Positions 1-10,300 of a stretch of 64,000 nucleotides of DNA are shown piece after piece. The stretch covers positions 3,598,001-3,662,000 of the forward strand of contig OZ076409.1 in NCBI GenBank assembly GCA_964187785.1, in the 5' to 3' direction. This DNA is from Amphiscolops sp. MND2022 (lineage: Eukaryota). Each line of letters starts with the position of its first letter. Within the stretch, counting starts at the first letter, position 1. The notes under the pieces were generated by a model. The model made no database searches. It had not been told where the DNA came from and saw only the letters and a program-made list of their open reading frames with translations. The position numbers and the translations under genes are program-made.

Positions 1-57
1 GTGCAAACTGGAGGCCCCAATTACAGTTACTTGCATCTTCGATCTGTAAATAAGCAT
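1..57 (-). CDS. 5' start of SGNH-like accessory gene, truncated by the window edge
   Basis: Translates MLIYRSKMQVTVIGASSLH, the same as the N-terminus of ORF 20417-21010. Confidence 0.7.
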   Translation of the reverse strand, partial: MLIYRSKMQVTVIGASSLH

Positions 58-614
58 GATGTTTATGGTGAATTTTGTGAAACGGAAAATGAAAGTTATC
101 AATTGCCAACAAAGCACAGTTAAAAAATGTGTCAAAACCCTAAGTAATAACCCTAATTCTAAAATGATTTTGAAAACATTGTAATGAAGTAAAGGGGAAG
201 GTTAGAGCGACATGTAACTTGTTACGCTAAAGTAATCAATTGAACAATTAATTCGAACTTGAACAAATCTGTAAGTAAAGAAGACAAAATTTATTCAAAA
301 ATTGGATAGCAGTTTCCAGCAGTAATTGTTTGGTTAGAAGTTTCATAGGCACGACAAGAATAACAATGCTAAAGCAGGGCTTTTGAGAAATTTCGACAAC
401 AAACATTAGTAACGGAATGCAGGAAAAACAAAAGTTTAATAAAATTGGGTTGAAAAATGACCACAGATTCGATTTCTGTTGAAAATAGCACCGCTGAGTT
501 CATTGACAAAGATATTGAGTGCATTGACAATCAATTATAATATGTACCATAGTTGCGGAGCATACTGTAACAACATAATAGAAAGTAAACTGAGGAATAC
601 CAAGTAGAATAATC

Positions 615-985
615 GGGTTGAGGAACAACCACAGATATAAACTTGATTGAGCAACAAGAGTACAGTTCATCCAAAGTTAACGTATGTGCAACACGGATTT
701 CGACTGGGTTGACGAACAACCACAAAAATAAGAGTTTATGGAATAGGGGTTGAGGAACAACCACAGATATAAACTTGTTGGAACAACAAGAGTACAGTTC
801 ATCCAAGGTTGACTTATGTGCAACACGCATTTTGACTGGGTTGACGAACAACCACAAAAATAATGGAGAAGAGTTTATGGGATAGGGGTTGAAGTACAAC
901 CAATGATATCTAAACTGTTCATTGCGACAAATTACAACATTAATTACCGTGTACTACAAAACTGAAGGGGTTGATGAACAACCAC
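615..985. repeat. Cluster of six GGGTTG-N5-CAACC hairpin motifs, partly within a ~132-bp tandem duplication
   Basis: Motifs start at 615, 706, 747, 838, 886 and 968. Segment 615-746 is repeated at 747-885. Confidence 0.9.
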
Positions 986-1142
986 ATTGTTCAAGTAAAC
1001 AACACGGCGAAACAGTTGAAGACATTGACTAACGACCTCTTTTGCAATGGGGTGTGTGAACATTCACTACAGAAAAATTATTTGAAGCATTGAAAGTTTG
1101 GTTTTGTTATCAGTGGGGCAAATGAAACCAAGGAACGCAGCT

Positions 1143-2103
1143 CTAAAGTAACTGTGAAATTAGAGATTCGCAGTGTAATGCAGGTTCAATTGCAGTAACA
1201 TTATACAAATCCATCAGCACGGAACATCCAGAAAGGTAATCAAGAGCAGTGGGATTGGAAGATTGGTTTTGTAGTCTCATTGCTACTTGCCAATGTCTCT
1301 CAAATTGAGCGTGAACATTAGAGTTGAACATGTTCAGAAGAACTGGAACCGACAGCAACTGACAAAGCAGCAAAGAGACAGTTTCCATCGCCAGGTGCAA
1401 CTGAAGTGATAGGCAGCGAGCGACCTAAAAAGAAACCATGCAAAGGTTTGGTGTCACACAAATACCCACTGAAACTGACACCAAACCTAGAACACTTGCG
1501 TTGTACCTGTGAAGAAGTAGGAGGAGTGACCACATCGTTATGGGAAGAACAATAAAGACTAAATTGGCCACATCCATCATTCAGAACCTCGGTACTTGAA
1601 GTAATTGGTAACGGATCAGTAACAGCAGGGACATTGTTGATTGGATTTGGTTTATCCGAAGAATCAATGTCAAGAGGAACATTCAATGTACTCTGAGATG
1701 TTTCAACGGAAACCATTAAGTTTTGATGTGTAGGCAGAGAGCACAAACAATCGTTTCGAGGAGCAAACTTTCCACATCGGAGGCATCGGTTTTGAAGCTT
1801 CGGGCGTTTTTGCTTGCGGGGACCTGGATTGCTTTCTAGGCCACTTCTTAGTAACAAAATAATCACCATGTGCCTGGTGAATACTCTGATCTTCATGATG
1901 GATTCAGTAGTCATCATTTGAGATCTACTATGTTCGACTACATTCTGCCCGGCTTTTGATTGTTGTTCCACAAACATTATTGTAGTAATAAGTGAACTTC
2001 TTAGCTTCTGAATCTTTGAATTGCCTGGATCGAAACAAAACCATCCGATGATAAGAAAAGTAGGCTCCAAAACTTTATTACCAATCCCATTTTCTGAAAG
2101 CAT
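1143..2103 (-). pseudogene. Internally deleted RepHel paralogue (2A-like peptide, start of OTU, extreme C-terminal tail)
   Basis: ORF 1318-2103 has LLRSGLESNPGP and APGDGNCLFAAL. Overlapping frame 1143-1400 ends HAQFERHWQ...DYLSGCSVLMDLY...CESLISQLL, matching the RepHel C-terminus HAQFEADWQ...DYLSECHVLMDLY...CDSLISQL. Confidence 0.8.
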
Positions 2104-3009
2104 ACAACAGTTAAGACCATTGATAACGCGGTGACAAAACGTGACATAAAGAATGTTTCCACGGAATAATTACAACAACCATATTCTCCCCAAGGAACCT
2201 AACATCATGGGAAGATTCAGTACGTGGAGTGTCAAATATGAAACACATTCAATCAACAAAATGTTTATTGGAAGAAGTTTCTATCGTTTACAAATTATGG
2301 TTGACAAACAACCACAATTCAATCCTGCACAGTTATCCCAAAATAATTACCAAAAAACAATAATGGGGTAAGGTAGCAATTAGATATCAACATTGTTCTG
2401 CTGTCAGAAATCAGGTCAGCATTAGATAACATTGTACAAACCAATAATAGCACCATTGAAAGTAAAACTTCAACTTATAATTTGACAGTGAATTAAATTA
2501 GTGACTTTTTTAATCTATAACTGTTACAAACAGTCGTGAACAGTGTAAGTTCGTAAAAACGGTTGCAGAACAAACCTTAGGCAGGGTAGTTGAATATACT
2601 GAACATTAGTTCAGTGTAAAATTAATCAAAGAGCGGATAAAATATAATTCAAAAAACCATTTCTCATTATTCTGTAAGCCAATAACAAACTAAGTAGAGC
2701 TCTGAAATCCACTTTTGCTGTAGGAGTAGGTTAAATAATGAAAACACTATGGGGAAAATCAAAATTTTGAAGCAGGTTATGATTTCACAGCTAACTTGGT
2801 ATAGATGTAGAGGTAAATGGAAAATTAAAAAAAACACGTTACAAAAAAGTATTTAATCATGTGTTAATATGAAATTTTTGTAACAATTCCCATTTACGAC
2901 CATAGAAAGAATTGAAATGATATAAAGCGTTGTCTTTCTAAGATTAGCACTTTGTATAATGCGAATATCAATTATACGAGTGTTGAAATCGGAACTCAGT
3001 GAAAGGAAA

Positions 3010-3481
3010 GAAAATGAACGAGGATCAAAGAATCGACAAATTGAATGGTTGCCAATTTCATATGAAATGGGTATGTCATTCAACTGCAGAATATCACGGT
3101 AATAACGCGTTACAAAGGCTTCAGTGTTATGTCTGCCGTGTCCACCGAAACTTCGTGAAGAATGAGATTCAAATCAAACACTGAGTCGGCTCGCGGCAAA
3201 TAGAAGACTACTACCACGTTCAAGGATACTAACCGTCTCAATTCCTTTTCCAGCAGTGTCGGATGCAGAGGTGGCACTGACTTACTGGCGTGTTGAGAAA
3301 GGCTAATAGATATTACATCGTGCCATAGGATAAACCGTTCTGTTCGCCGAAATCTCCGTAGGACAACGTGAATCCCTGGCTCGGCTATGACACTGGATCC
3401 CTACATTTTGGAATTAGAATTTGAATGAAGCATTGCATGGTGCAAGCTTGAGGCACCTATCACAACAACAATAGGCAACAT
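3010..3481 (-). pseudogene. SGNH-like accessory gene copy with in-frame stops
   Basis: Manual translation from ATG 3481 gives MLPIVVVIGASSLHHAM...KM*GSSVIAEPG...FILWHDVISISLSQH...LNVVVVFYLPRADSVF, collinear with ORF 20417-21010. The 3' limit is approximate. Confidence 0.75.
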
Positions 3482-3744
3482 GTTTAAACTGAAACGTGAT
3501 ACCAAACGTGACACATAAACAAACTGAACGTGTGATTGTTCTTTAATTATAATACCACAAATTGAATTGCATGTCATCCAAATGAAGGCAAAGGAAAAGA
3601 AACTATTGACATTAGGACATGGAATGATGAAAACAAGTTATGAAAGAATGTGTTAATTGATGAGCTATGTCAAAGCCAGCTGGGACATTAAACAAATCAA
3701 AAAGTTAAATAACAAAAGTTTATACAGTTATAGCTAAAAATGTA

Positions 3745-4272
3745 TGCGGGTGATTACGCAACAAAGCTCGTTCGTAGTGGACGAACGATACGGCAAAGTT
3801 TTTACACAAGATTATTCTTTCTCAGAGCATGTAGTGCAGCTAGGAAACCGGGTTGATGGACAACCACGACAAATAGGATTTGAGGAAGAATTCATTTCAG
3901 CGGGTTGACGAACAACCACAATGACATTAAAAGAAATCCAAAAGTTGTTTAACAAAGTTTTCTTTGGTTGCAGCTAGGAAGTTTATGCAAGTAATGACGA
4001 AACAAGGTCCGTTCGTAGTGGATGAACGATGCAGCATAAGTAGGAACAACAGATTATTCTTTGTCAGACCATGTAGTGCAGCTAGGAAACCGGGTTGGTG
4101 GACAACCACGGCAGAAAGGATGTGAGGAAGACGTCATATTCTGGGGTTGAGGAACAACCACAATGGCATATGTGACGCAATGTAAAATTCAATGTGTAGT
4201 AACTTGGTGTAAATAACGGTAGATATTTTGGATTGAAGTACAACCACGTCTAATGAGTTGACGAACAACTAC
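3745..4272. repeat. ~240-bp tandem duplication and hairpin-motif cluster just downstream of RepHel 1
   Basis: 3745-3925 resembles 3985-4165. Motifs start at 3850, 3902, 4092, 4144, 4230 and 4255. Confidence 0.8.
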
Positions 4273-4338
4273 ATAGCACAAAGAGAAAATTTCTGCCCCG
4301 GGACTGAAGCACAAACAAAAATTGCACAGGGGTACGTT

Positions 4339-7300
4339 TCAGAGCTGCGAAATTAAGGAGTCGCAGTTCAAACCTGCCTCCACTCCATTAACTTTATAAA
4401 GATCCATCAGAACATGACACTCGGAGAGATAGTCAACGGCAGAAACCACTGTTGATGTGAGATGTCGCGCTTGCATTGATCGTTGCCAGTCAGCTTCAAA
4501 CTGGGCGTGAGTCTTGAGTGATAAATCAGTGAACCCATAAACATAAGCAGCTAAAGCCCAGGGGCGTCTCTCAATTGGTCGAGTGAAGTGACCACCTGTG
4601 CCGGCGTTGTGTTGCGACAAACGTTTGCGCAGGTTCTTACAGGAGCCAATATAAAACAAATCGCGGTGGGGAACGCTGATAAGAAGATAACAGAAACCTA
4701 TGGAAGCTGTTGGGACATCGAAATGTTTCAGAGGGAAAGGATGGAATTGTTGGCATTTAGCAATACGGCCAGAACCATGTGAGTAAATGTCAAGGAGTGC
4801 TTCGATGTACCACAGGAGATGATTTTCTTTTTGGGAAAGTTCTTTTATTGCGTGTAAAGTTTCATTTCTATTGCCAACGAAAGTGACATTTGACAAGTCA
4901 GTAACTCGACTTAGAACTACATAAAGTTGTTCTTTAGCCCAAAGTGCAAATTTCTTACCACCGACAATTTGTGTGGCCAAAGAAGGAACTGTATCCCCCA
5001 TAATTTTGTGGACGGTAGAGGCAACGTACATTTTAACGGGTAACTGAATTCTGCGACAAACTAACCCACTGTTCACTCTGTGGACGACACCGACTTGTCT
5101 CCGAAGGACAACAGAACGCCAACGCTGTATGTCATGGTTTGTAAATGACAACGACCTGAAACCAACGGGTGCAATTCGGACAGTAATTGTCTGCGAGGAC
5201 TCGTCAAAAGCATCCACAACACAAAGCTGACCTTGGAATAGTTTAAAAGTAGGGAGATTACAAGTGAGTCGCAAAACACATGCCACATGAATAAATAACG
5301 AGCGCGGTTGCGGGCAGTTGTTGCTTAGAAACCGTGTCACAGCTTCATTTGCTCTCATCCAGTTCTGAGTACCGCTGTTTGACATTTCGTCGTAGCAATC
5401 AAAAACAGCACACTGAATAGTTGGGTCTCTTCGCACCAAATCAATTCTTTGCTCAATAGCTTCTTTCTCAGCAGTTCGAGTTGCGAAAACGCGAAGAACG
5501 TGCAGGGAAACGTCGGACCACTTGGGGAGGAAATTACAGTAAGTGTTAACAATTTGGACTATTTGGTTACATTTCTCAAGCGATATGGGATACTCAGACA
5601 AAAGATTCAGTAAAATTTTGCCGTACAAATTCTGCATTCGCACATATTCTTTCAAAAGATGAACTTCAAAAGTGGCCAGGACCGTGTTGCTCATGAGCAA
5701 AAGCATACCACCTGGTGGAGGTAATTGACGGAAGTCACCGGTGGAAATTACCAATTTGCCTCCGAATGGAATTGAAGACCCCGCAACTTGCTGCATGACG
5801 CAGTCCATTGCTGCCCAGATTTCAGCGGACACCATAGAAACTTCTTCTACAAATATGATGTCCAAACCTTTCAAAACGAAAAACTTAACTGGGTCTCTTG
5901 CCAAACGACTCAAAGCATGTGAAACCAAATGAGAAACAGAGGCATTATCGGATACTGGGAACGGGAATAAGGCATTTATATGCCGCCCACCTAAAATTGA
6001 AGACCGCTCTGCTGCCAAACTTGTTATTATGCAAGAAAACCCTTTTGTGATACCATAGACCACGCAATGAATCATGACATGACTTTTACCGGTACCAGGG
6101 GGTCCAAGTATAAATTGATGTTTTATGAAACATGTTGCAGATGTGCGATATAGCTCCATTGAGTTGCACAAAGTGTCCAATACGCTTTGTTGATGAACCA
6201 AAGAATCCAAATTTTGGTTTTGACCGGCGATTATTACAGGAACCCATGGAAAAGGCGTCTGGAGGGTGGCGTTAAGCAAATCCGAAGATGTTGGCAGTCC
6301 GTGGATACCTTGGTTTAGAACAGCTGTGACGATGCTTTTTTTCATTAACTGAAGTTCCTCGTCTACGTCTTTACATCGCTGGTCAACGACGCTCTCTTCG
6401 AGAACCCGGGGGACAGCGCACGTGTAGAACAACGAATTATGCTGAGTTGCTCCAGAAAGAGAACTGTGGGCAACACAAAGGAAACGATCCAACAATGACG
6501 ACGAACCGGGATAAAAAATTAGCTGTTCCAAAAGGAAACGACGTGTAATTTGCAAAACCTCCAAATTGTCACAACCGGATGTGCTTTGACACAAACCAGC
6601 AATGTGGAACGCGTTAATGATAGAGGAGTTACTGAATAAATCTAACTCTGTAGTGTAGGATCCCAACGTCAAAAGAATATGTATGACAAAGTTGGAGGAA
6701 TCTCGTGGAAGGACGTTGGAAAAAACTACTTGACGACAAGTAGCGAATTTTTTTGGAGAAATAAAGTTATTTCGATTTGGACTGCGCAAACATGCCAGAG
6801 CTTCCACACAGTTCAGAAGGAAGGAGTTGTCAGTGGAAGTGTAATTGTTGCAGAATGAAATGAATGAATCGAAGTAGAAAGAGTTCAAAACAACAATATA
6901 ACCAAGTCCGTCTATCCACAAAGAGTCGTCCGCTGCGGCCTTCAGACAGGTTTCCGTTGCCTGCTTTTCTGTCCGTTTGAAACGTAAAAACCATGTGAAA
7001 TATTGCTCAATATTTCTTACGAATCGTAATTCGGGGGGTCTAACACCAAAAATAGTAACTTTGTCAGGTGTGAGACAACTTTTTTGCGTGTCAATGATAA
7101 GAAACGTTTGGTTGTTGGTGAACTGCCGATGAGAAGGAAGAGACAAGTTGCGACGAATGGCGTTTTGTCTAGCATACAGAGGAGCTTGATTGTGGCGAGA
7201 TACCCGACGCTTCTCGAGAATGACACCAGAGCGTTTTTCTTTAGGAGCAGTGACTACGTGAACGAAGGAAATATTAGACACGACGTATGGGAAACGAAGA

Positions 7301-10300
7301 GACCACCACGCAGATTCTGTGAGGCTGATAACTCTGGCAGCGAAAGTGTTTCTTTTACGTTTGGGTGCGAACGCTGGACTACTCAATTGAACACCTGCTA
7401 TCTTTTGATTGGACATGGGGTCAATATCGAAGGTAAAATTATTTTGTTGACTTGTACTGCGAATGGAAACATGACTTCGTTCCTCTACTCCCGCAGCGTA
7501 TTTGGCAAGATACCGAGCACTCATATATGTATCACAAATTTGAAGATTTGTACTGGATTGCACTAAAGCAAAAATGCGGGCGTTGGTTGGAGAATAATGT
7601 GAGTTCCGATCCGTGGGATAATGATGCTTGCCACCACACAAGACAGGGTCCAAAACTGTTTTGCAACTATCGGGGTCAAAGTGAGCAAGTCCAAGTTTTT
7701 GAAGAAGTACCACAGTTTCTGGAGAAAGGTTCTTCTCAATTGGTTTGTAGGAGAAATCATTAGCCGGAGGGTACTTAGGAACTCTACAAACGGACTCTGA
7801 AAGCTTCGCAGTTTTTTTATGACAGCGGAATTTGGCTTTCTTACAACTGTGAGTTTGAAACTTGTGAAACAAATCGACCAAATGGTTGGTTTGTGTGGCA
7901 GACAGTTTATTGTTTCCAACAGATGCAATCAAAGATCCCAAAAAAGTTGATGGGGAACAACAAACACGAGAGCGGACATTGTTTGAGAAGACGTCTTCAC
8001 CTGTCCATATCAATGCATGAATATGTGGGAAAGCACTGGTCTGATCTTGGAACTCATATCGGAACCAGAGTTTTAAAACGTGACCGAGAGGTTTTTCGGG
8101 GGAAGTTTCGATGTACTTCATTACCAAGGCTGAGCTACGTTGCCAAGCTCGTAACATGGTTATCATTTCGGCCTGAATAGCAGACAACCTCGTTTCTTTT
8201 GACGAAGTAGCTGGAGGATATTTGGCATCAATAGCAGCGAAAATTTTACGTAAACCAGGATGAGTGGATTGACTGCATGTGTAGGTGAAAAAATATGTTG
8301 CGGGCTGTTCACGGAGAGCCGCACTCAACTCATTAACATGTTTTCGAGAGTCACTCTGATCGAAAGATATTGAACTGTCGCAAACTTTCTGAGACTGCTG
8401 ATAATCTTTGGCAGCTGCACCCCATCCTCTGTTCAAAATCACTCGGCTGTCGTGTTCTCTGAGTTGGAGGTTGAACAGGGTGTCGAATGCAAATTGAATG
8501 TAACGAGGATCGGAAGATGTTAAAAGCGAAGAATCCATCAAACGAGTTTTTAAATGATTTTCCAAAGTGGCGTATCCCATGTACTTGTTGCTTTGAGGGT
8601 TGTTAAATAGACTGGATGGTAAAGAGCCAGGATAACTTCCATCAGCGTTCTGTTTCCAAAAAATTGATGGAAACATCATTGCCTCAGGTTGGTATAATGG
8701 AACTGACATCGGGGATGATGTAGCGGTAACGTTTTCTAACATTCGCTTAAATCTGGCCGCCACATACAAAGGTGATCCGTGGCTGCGTTTCAAAAGGCCA
8801 CATTGACCATTTAACAAAACATGGAGCGGAAGTTTGAAGTGAACGTCCATGTGAACATGTTCAGAAGCTACATTGGGGGAGACGCCAATGCGGGTATGAG
8901 TAGGGATTGAGATAGAAGAAGCAGCTGATGATTCAACAGTGAACATAGCATTGGTAACAAGATTAGTGGAACTTGAGGTGGATGGAGCGTCATCGAAAGA
9001 TGATGAAAATTGAGAATCAGGGAGACAGCAAGAAGTGGAGTTGTTAGAAGCGTTATGAACAACGGAAGCATTGTCCTTTGCCTCCTGGGCACTGTCCTTT
9101 ACGGTACTGTGTGTAGGCTGCACAATGTTAACCTCAAGAGACTGGGATGTGTGTTGTTTGCATACAGACGCAGAGCATGTAGCGACAGGACAGCGAATGA
9201 AAGACGCTCGACCACAGCGACACCTGAAACCACTCTTCTGAAAGTCACGAGTTAAAGGAATGTGATGAACTTCACACAAAAATCGACCTTGACCGGCCAT
9301 GGACATCATGAAGTCTTTTTTCAAGTCTGTTGCGGAAACTTCACATATTCGGTAATAAACAGCCATTCGCCAATAACCGTTAGTCAAGTGGTCAACTGCT
9401 ATATCCGGAGACATAGTAACACGTTTCGGACAACCGGAAGTTTGATCGTAAAGCCAAAATTTGTCAAACGGCTCTCCATGTCGAACGAGTGCTCTATTGT
9501 TTTGACCAGGGGAACCAGAGAAAACGTTTCGCAGCTCGAAACGACTGTTATCAGCGACAACAGAAAGGGGCAAAGAATGTTTACTACGTAAGGAATTACT
9601 ACCATTGTAAGAAAAAATTACAATGTCGATGCCTGCAAGTGACCGTTTGAACCGAGAAGCAACATCAGGACGGTTAGTGACAACAGAAAATTCAATATGT
9701 GGAGAACAATCGGAGACGTAAAGACCGACATCGTTGTGAATTGAATCGGACAAATCATGCAAATGCTGTGGAAGATGAAACTGTGGATATGGACAATTTC
9801 TTAATTTCGGGAAAATTAAAGTATCAAGCATCCCCAAAATATGTAGAAGGGTTTCATCCGGCTTATCCACTGACGAAATAAGAGCACACAAATGCGGAGA
9901 AATCACAAAGAGCGATTGAATTAAAAACAATTTTAAATTTTTGAAAGACACTAATCTCGGAGGATTTGCTCCATGGTGGTTTGCAGGATGCGCAAAAGTA
10001 ATGTTTTTGAATTTCTCCAGAAATGCATCTTTTTTCAAAGTGGAAAAAATGCTCAACGTTTTCCTTGTATCCAATAATGAGACACATGTAGAAGATTCTA
10101 GCGAATTTTCTGTTTCTACGACGTCGCAACCTGGTTTCGCCAATATGGCTTCAGCAATTGATTGTTGTAACTCACCGGAGTCGACCAATTGGTGCAATAA
10201 ATACCGAATATCTTGTCGATGATACGCACATTGCGCTTCAGACTGCACTAACAAATCGGAAGTTATGTCCCATTTCCTTTTCGACGTCAATTGAATACTA

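Noticed and set aside
615..985. CRISPR-like array of 18-bp palindromic repeats
   Set aside because: Spacing is irregular, the spacers duplicate each other, no cas genes are present and the context is eukaryotic.
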